NCBI GenBank assembly: GCA_964016885.1
Contig: OZ024761.1
Coordinates: 6,882,001-6,946,000, forward strand
Source: Eledone cirrhosa
Lineage: Eukaryota
Length of the DNA: 64,000 nt
Reading direction: 5' to 3'
This document shows positions 27,180-40,700 of the stretch, one piece after another. Below the pieces are notes generated by a model. It saw only the letters and a program-made list of their open reading frames with translations, searched no databases and was not told the DNA's origin. The position numbers and the translations under genes are program-made. How positions within the stretch are numbered: position 1 is the stretch's first letter; each line of letters starts with the position of its first letter.

Positions 27180-27522
27180 TTTTTCATTTTCATTTCATTT
27201 TTACGTCCGCTTTTTCCCTGCTTGCAAGGGAGGGACGGGAACTAATTCTGGCTTGATTTCTACAGCTGGATGCCCTTCCTAACACCAACCTCATTTACAG
27301 TGATTGCTGGGTGCTTTTTTGCCGTGGCACCTCCACGACCACCTTGCAGTGGAATGATATGGACCCCAGTCCCTATCATCTCATTTCTACAGCTGAGTAA
27401 ACTGGAGCAATGTGAAATAAAGTGTCTTGCTCAAGGAAACAACACATCACCCGGTCTGAGAATTGAACTCACAACCTTTCAATTGCAAGGCCAATGCTCT
27501 AACCACTAAGCCATGTGCCTCC
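27180..27522 (-). mobile_element. SINE family B with RTE tail, inverted relative to the 24421 copy
   Basis: Near-identical reverse complement of 24421-24766. Confidence 0.85.
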
Positions 27523-27577
27523 ATATATAGACAAATTGATATCCATGTATGTGGTTATTAGACATGGAAATTTCAGA

Positions 27578-27609
<32 letters not shown>

Positions 27610-27630
27610 ATATACACATGTATATGTGCA

Positions 27631-27742
<112 letters not shown>

Positions 27743-28951
27743 TAAAAAAATAATGAATAAAACAATGAAACAGTTCCTTATATTAAACAAAAAAAACAAA
27801 AAAGGAACTGTTTCATTGTTTTATTCATTATTTTTTTAATATTTTATCTTGACTCTGTATTCCGTTTATCTTTCACCGAAAGTGATATTTCATTGCATCT
27901 CTTCTTTCCATGATATCCGGATTACATTGAGTTCTTCATACGGATTGGACACTACTGTAAACTCTTGGTAGATTTATCTACATATATATATATATATATA
28001 TTTCTTTTTCTCATAATTATTTCAAAATATCTATATTTTATTTTTTAAATATCAAAATTGTAATGATAATAGAATTTAGAAATGAAAATCTGTCAATCTT
28101 GAAGCACTTTAGGGTAAACAATATTCATTGAGTAATTTTTTTGTTGGTGTCCAAATGAATAAATTGTTGCTACACACTCACACACATACACTCTCACAGA
28201 CAGACACACATAGACATACATTCACGCAGACACACGCATAGCTTTTCACCTCATTTTTGGTCAGTTGCTACATATGTGTAGATGTGTGTGTGTATTTAAT
28301 AACGTACCTAATAAACACGCACACACACACACACAGACACATACATATTCATATACAAAATGTTACATCAGTGTGTTGTTTTCTATTGTTTTAATGCAAA
28401 TGAAAATAAAAATTATCACACATACACTCACACACATACACTCACACACACATACACTCTCACATACATATATAATGACAGACACACACACAGACATACA
28501 CTCACACACAAATACACTCTCATATACATATACTAAGACAGACACACACACAGACATACATTCACACACACCTGTCTGTCATCACATATGTATCTTTATG
28601 TGTAGATGTGTGTATGTGTTTAATTGTCTGTGTGAAGATAATGTGTATGCAACTTACGTAGTAACGAAGTTGCAAACACACACACACACACATACATTCA
28701 CAAACACACACATACTCATATACAATGTGATGTAATCGTGGTCGTCGTCGTCGTGGTTTACTATAGTTCACTATAGAAATGTTATTGTAGATAAAATACT
28801 CTATTTCTTTTAATCCAAATGAAATTTAAAATTACATGTTGACACACTCGGGGTCTAATACTATTACCTTGTAAAATTTGATTTGATTTGGTCCAGCCGT
28901 TTGAGAATGCATAGGAACAAACAGAGAGACAAAGGATGTTATATAGAGAGA

Positions 28952-29853
28952 CTAGCATTAAAGCCCGGCGTTGCTCGGGGTCAGTAAGTTACCAAAGTTA
29001 GGTTGCACCACCCATTTTATGGCAGCACTTTTTTTTCTGCCAGGCACTGGGTGAATGAATTGCAGACCTGGACTGCCGAAGCAGGAGCTGCGCCAGCAGT
29101 GACAATTGTAGTTTCGCCTATGGATATTATGTCTGTGCAAAGAAGTGTTGACATGTATTATTTCACAGTACTTGCGCAACACGCGCGTAGACAATGCCAG
29201 CCGAACAACAGAGCTGCGATGGAGTTGTTCTGCATGGTTGTCTAATGTGTGTTTTCTAAATTTAAGACAGTAGGGAGCGGTATGATATGGGGGAGAGTTA
29301 GCTGCTGTTTCTAGCAGGTTTAGTGACCACATAGAGGATATTATTGTGTATAGTAAATAAACTGATACTTCTTTCTTCCACGTTCGTTGAAAGGTTTTTA
29401 AAAAGATTTATCGCTATTTTTTTTGTTGTTGAATAAATTTATCTGTTGCTTTTGAATAATCGTTGTTTCGTATGAAATGTAATAAGTTCTCTTTGTCATT
29501 GAAGTAAATAAATGTTTGACCGTTCCACTCCAAAACAAACGTTCTCTCACTCTCTCTCTCTCTCACTCTCTCCCTCTCACTCTCACTCTATTCTCTCTCT
29601 CTTGGGTGTTCCTAAAGGAAGTTCGTAAGCATGTATGTAGTTTTATCGAATTTTAAGGGGAGTAGAGAGAGGAAATCAGATTGTTTTAGAGGGTTAAAGC
29701 GTCATGTAATTAGTTTTATCGATTATTTCCGTAATTGTGGGTGAGTTTGAATGAAATAAATAGTCGTTGAACTATGTTGGACCATTTACAACATTCTTAC
29801 AAACTTTGAGTCGAATCGATTTGAAATTGTGCAAATGTATAAACATGGAACAT

Positions 29854-29905
<52 letters not shown>

Positions 29906-29929
29906 CAACAACAATCTGCCTTTTATAGA
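28952..29929 (-). mobile_element. Non-autonomous Helitron-like element
   Basis: On minus: 5' TC(tataaaaggcag) followed by (TG)n; 3' hairpin cccgagcaacgccggg then CTAG; A|T insertion context. A further 5' end abuts at ~28740-28951. Confidence 0.65.
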
Positions 29930-29932
29930 TAA

Positions 29933-30175
29933 TTGTTTCTACTTTTGGCACAAGGCCAGCAATTACCCAGTGTATTACTGGTACTTTATTTTATCGACCC
30001 CGTAAGGATGAAAGGCAAAGTTAACCTCGGCGGGATTTGAACTCAGAATGGCAAGGGCCGTAACTCTATGCGTCAAAGCATGGCGTCCGACCCTCTACCG
30101 ATACTGCCAATCCACTGCCTTTTATAGATAATTGTTTCTACTTTAGGCCCAAGGCCAGCAATTACCCAGTGCATT
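29933..30175 (-). mobile_element. SINE family A with an 18-bp direct repeat, plus a second partial tail
   Basis: ctgccttttatagataat flanks both ends of the full copy. Confidence 0.8.
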
Positions 30176-30543
30176 ATAGATAATGATATATATATAGGCG
30201 GCGAATTGGCAGAGCCGTTAAGATGTCGGATATTCGTGCCACCTTATTACGCGCTCTGAGTTCAAATCCAGCTGAGCTCAACTTTGCTTTTCATTCTTTC
30301 AAGGTTGATAAAAAAAAAGGTAGGGTGAAAGGGGAAATAATTTTACTTCCTTGTTTTGTTGTTGTTTTTCTGGCCCCCTTATATGATTGCAATCAATGTT
30401 TTTCCTGGAAAAACATCGATTGTGTTCAGACCTGGAGAGAGTTGGGCTCCATCAGGTTTAACAGTGCCCTAGACACGCCGTATGACGGTGCCTCTACAAC
30501 TCCACAAGGTGTTAGGGGTTCTTTATCCTTATATATATATATA

Positions 30544-31168
30544 TCTTATATAATAAAGTTGTAGTTCCTGTCTGTTTGTTTGTTTGTTCACGAACTCCCT
30601 ATGGTTTTGGAGATAAACCCCCCTCCCCGATAACCATATATATTCTGAAACTACATTGCCCGGGGTACTTGAATAAGTATATTGCATTTTAATCAAAGAG
30701 TTCCCCCCGGGGGGGGGGGGGGGGGGGGGGGGGCACAAACCCCACTGACATTTTTTCCCTTTGATTTATATGAAATTTAAACCATAGGTAAATGACAAGA
30801 TATGATGCCTATTCACAAAATTTCAGCAAAATTCAATAATATTAAGACACTCTATTGGGGGTTAAACCCCCTATAGTGAACATTTTGGAGTATTGGAACC
30901 TCTATTATCACGGGTTTTTTCTATTGATTAAACGTAAATCAACAAAAAAAGCACCCCTCTTTTATAGTAAAATTTGGCTAATTAGTCTATGGCAAAACAT
31001 CACTAGAATTATGACAAAAATTATTAGTTAATGCCTCTGCTTTTTTAACATTTTCCCTTTATTTCTTCTCCATAAATTATATCACTGATTTAAAATCAAT
31101 CAACATTTTCTCCCCCCCCCCCCCCCCCAAATGTGTGAAACGCAGCAAGGCGCGGGTAATTCGGCTAG
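30544..31168 (+). mobile_element. Non-autonomous Helitron-like element (Lep1-like architecture)
   Basis: a|TCTTATATAATAAAG...(GTTT)n ... cgcagcaaggcgcgggtaattcggCTAG|t. Confidence 0.7.
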
Positions 31169-31943
31169 TATATATATGGTATTATTATAGGGGGTCGATA
31201 AAATAAAGTACCAGTAATGCACTGGTATAATTGCTGGCCTGGTGCCAAAAGTAGAAACAATTATATTATAGAAGAGACCGCAGTCGATTTCAGTCGGAAA
31301 ATCTGTTATTTTGTATGCCATCAACTAATCTAACCTCCAAGCAATCGACTTTTTTCCCGGAGAACGGAGAGGGGTGCTCGCATTATAGGACACCCACCCA
31401 CCTCTTCTTTTTTCGCGTTTTATCAACAAATAGGATCTCCAACCCAGTTGGAAACGACTAGATTTGTAAAAATAAAAAAAAAGGTCGGGTGAAAAGCGGA
31501 AACAATTTTACTTCCTTGTTTTGTTGTTGTTTTTTCTGGCCGTCTTATATGATTGCAATCGACGTTTTTCCTGGAAAACAGAAACCTTAAACCTAATCCT
31601 GAACAAAAAAATTCTATTACAAGTATCTAAGAGGTCCAGAAAAAAAAAATTGAGGAAAGAATTATTTCCTAACAAACGCGAGAGGTGTGTCGATCTGCGA
31701 TGATGGGCGGCACCCTACCCACTCCGTTCTCCGGGACAAAAAAGTTGTTTACCAGAATATTGGAGGTTAGGTTAGTTAATAGCATACGAAAAAAAAAAGA
31801 AAGAGGAAAACATTTCTTTCCCACTGAAATCGAGTGAGGTGTACCATAAATATATATATATATATACACACACACAGCAAAACTTTCTTCAATTAACTTA
31901 AAAGCGTAATTTGTAAAAAAAAAATGTTTAAATACTACTAAAC

Positions 31944-32019
31944 CTGGATTAGTTTCGTCTTTTTCATCCTCTTCCTCCTCTTTTTCTTTTCTTTGTTCAT
32001 CTCCCAAATAGACTGACAT
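31944..32019 (-). CDS. PSMC2: PSMC2/Rpt1-like, coding exon 1 (MSVYLGDEQRKEKEEEEDEKDETNP)
   Basis: ATG at 32019. Resembles the Rpt1 N-terminus [21 protein letters not shown]. Ends CCAG|GTTTAG, phase 1, matching exon 2. Confidence 0.85.
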
Positions 32020-32449
32020 GTTTGTTGTTTGTTTGTTCTCTGAAAAAATATTAAAACTCCAACGATAACATAAAAAATATTTCAAGAACAAGCAACTGTC
32101 GAGAAAATTATGATTTTGTCTAGATTTGTTGAAAAAGTTGTCTACCTTTGAAAACTCTCTCTCTCTCTATCTCTCTCTTTTCTTTAATCTATCTATATTT
32201 CTCCTTTTTTCTCCCTCTATCTTTATCTTTATTTCATACTATCTCTTTTCTTTTACTTCTTTCTCCCTTTTTTTTTCTCAGCCTTCTTTCTTCTACTTTT
32301 CAATTTCTATCATTTATCTCTCTCTGTCTGTCCTTAACTTTATCTCTCTCTGCTTTTTTCATTAACTCTCTACTTTTTGACGTTATCTCTTTTCCACTCT
32401 CTCTCTCTGTCATTTATTTTCTCTCTCTATCTTTCTCCTCTTCCCCTCT

Positions 32450-32892
32450 TACTCTCCAGAAGTCTTCACTGCTAGGGGCTCGACTACAAACCTGTTGGAG
32501 AGCGACCGATATTTGGATAGTTTACTCTCCTCAACCCGAAGTACAGCAGATCCTGGGTTAGTCGCAGACTGCACCAGATTGCAGCTGGAGAATGTGTCGC
32601 TGCATGTGGCATCCTAGACAAGGGGTTTGCCACCGTGGAGCGGGAAGATGGTCATACCATTTGGCCTTTTGTCGTCCCCTTGGTCCAGCCTCACCGGCTC
32701 GATCTGAGAGGGGAAGCCTGCAGCATCCAAGCCATGCTTTTAGGACCTCATTGAAAGCAGCTTGGCATTGAAAGCAGCCGGCACAGTAGCGGCAGGACAG
32801 CAGATGGAGGCCAAAAATGTCTACAGTGGATCCGCAGCAACATTTATGTGGCTCGAAGATCCAGAGGCCGAGCCTCAGGGAAACCCCCACCG
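32450..32892 (-). mobile_element. CRE-clade non-LTR fragment (CCHC and RLE)
   Basis: LRLGL....HKCCCG..VD..GLHLLSC, then frameshifted DDKRPNGMT..P....LVWDATC. Confidence 0.7.
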
Positions 32893-33477
32893 TTTCTTTT
32901 AATATGACTAAAAAGCAAAGTACATATTACATATAGATGCAAACATGGCTTTATTGCTAAGTTGTTCACTTCACAACCATCAGGTTTTGTATTCAGTCCT
33001 GCTGTGTTGCACCATGGGCATCTTCCCCTATAACTGTGGCTTATTCTTTTGCAGTCTTGTCGGCAGGGCTCAGCTCCTATACTGCCATGCCCTAGACCCA
33101 CAGCCTAATCATCCTCCCCATTCTTCTGTCACACTAGAGTTCTTGCCATTCCCTCTCCTTCTCATTTTTTTCTTTTTCTATTTTTTCTCTATATTTTCCT
33201 ATTTTACATTCCATTCTTAAAAAAAAGAAAAAAGTACGAGTCCAGTACTGGAGTTGATTTTTTCTCTATAGAAAAACTCAGCTGTGTTCAGACGTGGAGA
33301 GGGTTGGGGTTTGCCAGATTTAAAAGTGCCCTAGACACGCGACAGTGCCTCTACGACTCCACAAGGAGTTGGGGGATCTTTATCTTTTATCCTTCTCAAT
33401 ATAAATTTTCTTTTTTTCTTTTTCTATTAAACTGTATTTACATGATATATTCCATAAAGAAAATCAGCTAACTCTTC

Positions 33478-34178
33478 ATAAGAAACAGAGTTTGTGTAAT
33501 ATAATTGTTTCTACTTTTGGCACAAGGCCAGCAATTACCCAGTGTATTACTGGTACTTTATTTTATCGACCCCATAAGGATGAAAGGCAAAGTTAACCTC
33601 GGCGGGATTTGAACTCAGAATGGCAATATAATTGTGTAATATAATGAATAAGAAACAGAGTTTGTGTAATATAATGAATAAGAAACAGAGTTTGTGTAAT
33701 ATAATGAATAAGAAACAGAGTTTGTGTAATATAATGAATAAGAAACAGAGTTTGTGTAATATAATTGTTTCTACTTTAGGCACAAGGCCAGCAATTACCC
33801 AGTGCATTACTGGTACTTTATTTTATCGACCCCGTAAGGATGAAAGGTAAAGTCAACCTCGGCGGGATTTGAACTCAGATCGTAAAGGGACGTAACTATG
33901 CTGGAAAGCATGGCGTCCGACCCTCTACCGATACTGCCAATCCACTGTAATATAATGAATAAGAAACAGAGTTTGTGTAATATAATGAATAAGAAACAGA
34001 GTTTGTGTAATATAATGAATAAGAAACAGAGTTTGTGTAATATAATGAATAAGAAACAGAGTTTGTGTAATATAATGAATAAGAAACAGAGTTTGTGTAA
34101 TATAATGAATAAGAAACAGAGTTTGTGTAATATAATGAATAAGAAACAGAGTTTGTGTAATATAATGAATAAGAAACA
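33478..34178. repeat. 30-bp minisatellite (TGTAATATAATGAATAAGAAACAGAGTTTG) with two SINE A insertions
   Basis: Tandem units at 33633-33765 and 33946-34178. SINEs at 33505-33626 and 33765-33946. Confidence 0.9.
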
Positions 34179-34199
34179 AACAATTGAAATCAAAGAAAA

Positions 34200-34420
34200 G
34201 GGTGAGAATTATTGTAAAAGACTATAAATGAGAGGAAAAGGGTGAGGATTATTAAAGAAGGAAAGAAAGGGGGGTGACAGACTCTACACCTAAGTCAGGG
34301 TGATGTTTCGGCTGTGGACAAAATGGCACTGCCCATTGCCGCAGACAATGGGCAGTGACAGCCGCTGCACCAGACTCCCCTCCTCGTGGGCCTCCCTCCT
34401 CAGATAGGGTTGCTCATGGA
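34200..34420 (-). mobile_element. CRE-like extreme 3' end (a related remnant lies at ~23400-23600)
   Basis: Minus strand reads QRLSLPIVCGN (cf. the CRE motif QRLSLAIxRGN). Shares ctcta.ac.ta.gtcag...tttcggctg with ~23500. Confidence 0.45.
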
Positions 34421-34656
34421 AACTACAGAAGTGTTTGTGTTTTTACGTTTGTCTCTGTCTGTTTATGTGTTGTAACTTAATGGTTCTAGAAAAGAGATCG
34501 GCTAACGTGACGCCACTGCATTGCCCCAGTCTAATTACTGGAACTAATAAAGGCATGTGAATGTACGCCTGCATGTAATCGTGTGTAAAACAATGTTCAA
34601 CAATATAACCAATGCCAGAAACAGCAGCTATCATATATACAACTACATTAACCCTT

Positions 34657-35766
34657 TAACATTTACATTACTCTATATATACTATTGTATTTTCACAGTA
34701 AAGGCTTTACCTTACATAATATCTCAGATAACATTTACATTACTCTATATATACTATTGTATTTTCACAGTAAAGACTTTACCTCACATAACATTTACAT
34801 TACTCTATATATACTATTGTATTTTCACAGTAAAGACTTTACCTCACATAATATCTCACATAACATTTACATTACTCTATATATACTATTGTATTTTCAC
34901 AGTAAAGACTTTACCTCACATAATATCTCACATAACATTTACATTACTCTATATATACTATTGTATTTTCACAGTAAGGACTTTACCTCACATAATATCT
35001 CAGATAACATTTACATTACTCTATATATACTATTGTATTTTCACAGTAAAGACTTTACCTCACATAATATCTCACATAACATTTACATTACTCTATATAT
35101 ACTATTGTATTTTCACAGTAAAGACTTTACCTCACATAACATTTACATTACTCTATATATACTATTGTATTTTCACAGTAAAGACTTTACCTCACATAAT
35201 ATCTCACATAACATTTACATTACTCTATATATACTATTGTATTTTCACAGTAAAGACTTTACCTCACATAATATCTCAGATAACATTTACATTACTCTAT
35301 ATATACTATTGTATTTTCACAGTAAAGACTTTACCTCACATAATATCTCAGATAACATTTACATTACTCTATATATACTATTGTATTTTCACAGTAAAGA
35401 CTTTACCTCACATAACATTTACATTACTCTATATATACTATTGTATTTTCACAGTAAAGACTTTACCTCACATAACATTTACATTACTCTATATATACTA
35501 TTGTATTTTCACAGTAAAGACTTTACCTCACATAATATCTCACATAACATTTACATTACTCTATATATACTATTGTATTTTCACAGTAAAGACTTTACCT
35601 TACATAATATCTCACATAACATTTACATTACTCTATATATACTATTGTATTTTCACAGTACAGGCTTTACCTCACATAATATCTCACATAACATTTACAT
35701 TACTCTATATATACTATTGTATTTTCACAGTACAGACTTTACCTCACATAATATCTCACATAACAT
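34657..35766. repeat. 60/71-bp minisatellite, left part
   Basis: Unit TAACATTTACATTACTCTATATATACTATTGTATTTTCACAGTAAAGACTTTACCTCACA, with or without TAATATCTCAC(A). Confidence 0.95.
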
Positions 35767-35976
35767 CTCGTATACGAGAGATGTGTGTTGACATGTGTGA
35801 ACAAGCTCGGCTACCGAGTCGGATTTACTTACTCAAAAGTGAGTTTTGATTAATTTTTTTATACTGTAATATACGTTAACCCCTTGCCTTGGTCGTCAAA
35901 CTTTGAGTTTATTTATTTTCGGCCCTTTTTGGGGCGATTTTTCCAGTTAAAAATTTATTACGGCAAACTAATAGAA

Positions 35977-37708
35977 ATGGACGGAATTTTCACATCTCAT
36001 CCTAACGTGAAAGCCACGCCCCCTAAGAAAGGTGATACAGAGAAGCTAGAAGCACAAGGCTCTAAGTCTTCCCTCCTCACTTCTGCAAAAGAAACATGGA
36101 ACACGGAATTAAAAGAAAAATTTGTAAAAATGGGTGCCCAGAAAGTCACATAAACGCAGACAAAAACAACAACGACAATAACAGCAATAGTCACAACACC
36201 AACCAAGGAAAAAATAACGATAACACCAAACAAAGCGAACCCACTACTGGTGCCTCCTTTGCACAGGCGGTCCGGAAAACACAAACCTGCAAGCAACTGG
36301 ACATTACAACTCTGAGAGAAAAGATGAAGGAAGCGAAACAGTATGTAACTTTCAAAGAAGGAGGAGACTTCACAATCACCTCCCCACAAGAAATCAAAAG
36401 AGACACGACGCTAAGAACGATATCTTTCAGAACAATTTCTAACATAACAAGGAAACCAACTCAATTATCCCAAAAAGAGATTGAGCTGGTCCTAAAAAAT
36501 GTGTGGAGTGATATATCGTTCATACAAAAAGGGCCACTCTATGGGAATATAACGGTCCTAATGAAGGATCAATTGACGGCCAGGAAATACTCTGTGGCGC
36601 CAATTGTTTCCAAGCTACATACATTTTTCCCCACATATTTAGGGAAAAGAACGCAGAAGATAAGGGTCTCCGGAATCCGGCCAAATGCATGCATTTCCTG
36701 GGTACTAACAGGATTTTTAGAAGACGAGGACGGAATCCTTTCAGTAGGAGAAGTCACCACAGACGTTTTCGGCGGTTTGAGCGTGGAGGTTCTGGTCCAA
36801 ATGAGACCAGAACGAATAGCTAGAATACCACAGAGGGTGTCCCTCGATGAAGATACATTTATATATATTTCAGCCGAGGGTAGGAGGCCCATATGTTACT
36901 ACTGTTCAAGCAGGGGTCATCTAAGGGCTGCTTGTCCTCAATTGACAAAAAAAAGGCTCTTTTGCCTACACCCCACACACCACCACCGCCACCACCACCA
37001 CCACCTCCACCACCACCACCACCACAACAACAAAAACAACACGGAAAAATAACACAAGACACGGCCCCACCCAAAACAACTCCCAAAACACACACAAATA
37101 CAACAAAACCCCAAAATACACCACTACCCGACAGCACGGACGAGGACCCAGCGGAAACGGCACCTAGTGACGAAGAGGGGGAACCCTTCCAACCTGTAAA
37201 AAGGAAAAAAAGAAAGCACCACTCGAACATAAACGAAACAAACACACAACCACCAACAAAAACAAAACAAACAGAACAAACAAAATCCGCCCCACCCCAA
37301 AACATAACACATACAACAAAACGTAAGCACACACAAGAACAACAAACAAACACAACACAAATAAAACAGTATACATACATTAACACAAATAACAAAGAAC
37401 TAGTAAAAACAATACACAAAGACCCTTCGGTGGAAACTGAAGGGCAATTCTTTGCAAGCGCGGCCAACAAACCGCATTTAAAAATGATAAGACTCCCAAT
37501 GGACACCTATGCAAAACTAAGAGAGAACTTTCCTGAGGACGTGGGGAAAACATGTACTCGACCCTATAACCGCGTCCTCTTGAAACGTTTCCCCACCCAC
37601 ACCTCACCAAACACCCCCACTCCACCACAGAACAACACCCCACCAAACAACCCCTCCAATACGCCCATGGATATTGTGCAACCTGCTCCTCAGGAGCCGA
37701 ACAGGTAG
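35977..37708 (+). pseudogene. Tx1-like ORF1 (gag-like CCHC, Pro/Thr-rich tail), frameshifted
   Basis: Three overlapping frames (35977-36153, 36096-37052, 36893-37708). One shift falls in an A-run near 36950. Confidence 0.7.
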
Positions 37709-37729
37709 GTCCTTCCTCTTTTAACCAAC

Positions 37730-40700
37730 ATGGCTGATATAAGAGTTGGGTGTCTGAATGTACGTGGCCTGGGACTGTCTTGGAAACAAGGCAAACTTTT
37801 AAACGATCTCAGGTCGCATAGAATGGATGTAATGGCTATTTGCGAGTCCAGGATCAGCAGCGAGCACCAACTGGCGCCCCTCTTCGACGACTTTGAGATC
37901 TTCGCATCTCTCTGTCAACCGGGGGGTGGGGGTGGAGTTGTCGTTCTGCTGCGAAAACACCTGGGCCTCGCCATACAGAAGGTGCACCTGGACCCGGAGG
38001 GTCGACTGGTGGTTTTAGACGTCGGCAGTAGTGAAAGTGGAGCCCTTAGACTAATAGCTGTGTACGCCCCTTTTTGGGCAGCGCGGCCGGAATACTTCCA
38101 ACGTCTGGAAACTTTTCTGGGAACGTCCCACTCCTTGCTTTTAGTGGGGGACTGGAATGGTATCCTGGATGCACGTTGGGACTATGTAGGGGCATGTGCC
38201 AATAGAGAGGGGTGTAAAAGCCTCAAAAGGTTAATCGGCCGATTTGACCTGGCCGATAGATATCGACTAGATTTTCCGACTGTACCACTATGGACGTGGA
38301 CCAATCGCAGCGGAACATCTAGGTCGTACCTAGATAGGGCCCTAGTTAGAGAGAAGGATAGGGACACATTTAGCTGTCCAAAAATGTTCATGGTTGACTA
38401 TTCGGATCACAAGTTAGTGACCTGCATAGCCAACCTTGTTAGAACCCATAGACAGGGACCCGGTTACTGGAAGCTGAACTTGTCCTTACCGAGAAGCAAA
38501 GCTTACAGTAAACAGATTAGCACGTTAGTTAAGCAGTTAAGCAGAGTTTGACAGGGGCAATTGTCAACAACAGGTGGTGGAGCTCTCTTAAGAGAGCAAT
38601 TAGAATAGAATTGATAGGTTTTAGTCAGGAATTAGCAAGGGATAGGAACAAGACGGAAAGGGAATTAGTAGATAGAGTAGAAGAGGCGATTAGGAGTGGC
38701 AATGTAGCCGGCGTGCTGGCATCAAGAATGGCCTTAGACCAGTTCTTTGAGGTGAAGTATGAAGGCTGCGTTGTCAGGAGTAAAATACGTGCTCTGGGTA
38801 ATGAGGGAGCCAAAGCTGTGAGCTGGGCCCGAGTGACAGAGGCAAAAAGTGGGAACAAGTCCACGATTCGGTCTTTGAAGGACCAGGATGGGCGTGTGAT
38901 CCTTGAACCTGGGCAGATGTGTGCGGCCTTTCAGCGGCACTTTGCACGACTGTTCGAGAGGGGCGGCGCGCCGGGTGAGACTATGGATTTCAATCCATAC
39001 CTCAACGGTCTGCCACGCCTCTCGGACGCGGAGGCGAAGTCCTGCAAAAGGACGATTTCAGCTGCTGAGATAGGGGCGGCGCTGAGCCAATGCGGCAAAC
39101 GCAAATCCCTGGGTCTCGATGGTCTACCATACGAGCTATATGTAGCGATGCCGGACTTGTTCTCCGATATCCTCGAAGCGGTCTACTGCAACTGGCAGCA
39201 GAACGGGAGAATTCCCAGTTCTGTGACCAAGGGCGTAGTTACGCTGGTGAGGAAGGATGAGAACAAGGGGGATGACATAAGTAACTTCAGGCCCATAACT
39301 CTGCTAAATACAGAGTTAAAGATTTTGGCCAAAGTGTTAGCGAAGAGGTTGGCGCTTGTCGTTGGAAACCTGGTGGGAGAAGCGCAGACATGCGCAATCC
39401 CGTCCAGGTCCATTCACGACAATCACCACCTTATGCGATACATCATAGAGAGGGTAGGGAATGAACCCGGCTTTGGTGGGGCCCTGATCAACTTGGATCA
39501 ATCTAAAGCTTTCGATAGGGTTGACCATCGTTACCTGGATGCGGCGCTCGCGGCGGCAGGCTTCGGACCCGTTTTCAGGGGTTAGATTGCTGCGATGCAC
39601 AGCAGCAACGTCTGCTCAAGGGTCAAGGTGAACGGCCACCTCTCGGAGCCGTTCCAAATCATGCGATCCATCCGACAGGGATGCCCTCTCTCCTCCCTAC
39701 TGTATGTGCTGGCTCTTGAGCCACTACTGCGGAAGTTGGAGCGGTTGCAGGGCATCCCTTTGGAACCGGGATTGCAGAAAGCGGCGTCGGCCTACACCGA
39801 TGACGTGACAGTAATGGTGTCGAAAACCTCGCAAATCGGTGAGATCGGCACCTTACTGGAGGAATATGAAAGGTTTACGGGAGCCAAGCTGAACCGGGAC
39901 AAGTCCGTCGGTTTGCAACTCGGAACATGGAGAGGCAAACCGATGCCCTCCAACGACGTCGTCGGACGCTGGACGGAGGGCCCGGTGAAGCTGCTCGGGG
40001 TCTGGTTCGGACCAGACCTCCAGGTGGAGAAAAACTGGAACGAGGTAACGGCCAGGGTGTTTGCACTCACCCAGAAGTGGGCCCAGTGCAAACTATCCCT
40101 GAAAGGTCGAGCGGAGGTGGCGAATACTTATATAGCATCCGTCATCTACTACCGCTTGACCGTCGTGCCTTGCCCAGTGAAAAGACTCGCCAAAATGGAG
40201 TGCGCGCTGTTCCAATTTCTTTGGAACAAGCGGACCCCTTTGGTGAGGAGATCCATCTGCTGTCAACACCCTTCGAAAGGAGGGCTGGGGATGCCGTGGC
40301 TACAGATGCGTAAACACGCATTAAGGCTACGGCACCTCCAGGTATTCCTCACCGGTCAACCGGTGTGAGCCCCATTTGTGAGGCGAGCCTTTCCCAGACT
40401 CGTCTCGCTCACCGAGCTGCAATCCTGGGTCAAGCAAAGACCGAGAAAAGTGGGCGACTGGCACATTGAATGTGCCCAGGCGCTCACGGCCCTCTGGAAA
40501 GCGGACCCGGCAATCAGTGGAGACTCCACCTCGACATTCTATAGAGGGTTGGTACGCAGCAGGTGCGACGATGCTCTCGGAGAAGCTCTAGGCATGGAGG
40601 AAGATGAACTGGCCAGTCTGTTCGGTAGGACGTTTGGCCCTGGACCGATGGACAACTTCCAAAAGTCCCTGGCTTGGCAGTGCTACCGAGGGGCTCTACC

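Noticed and set aside
27865-27900. Possible further hammerhead on the minus strand (tcactttcggtgaaag)
   Set aside because: No CUGANGA core at the required position.
30310-33390. Short dispersed duplications (30310-30410 vs 31483-31580; 30410-30530 vs 33270-33388) around exon 1
   Set aside because: Probably fragments of an unclassified interspersed repeat. No termini or function could be defined.
34327-34357. 12-bp hairpin cactgcccattg/caatgggcagtg as a terminator or ncRNA
   Set aside because: Lies within a CRE-like coding remnant, with no independent support for function.
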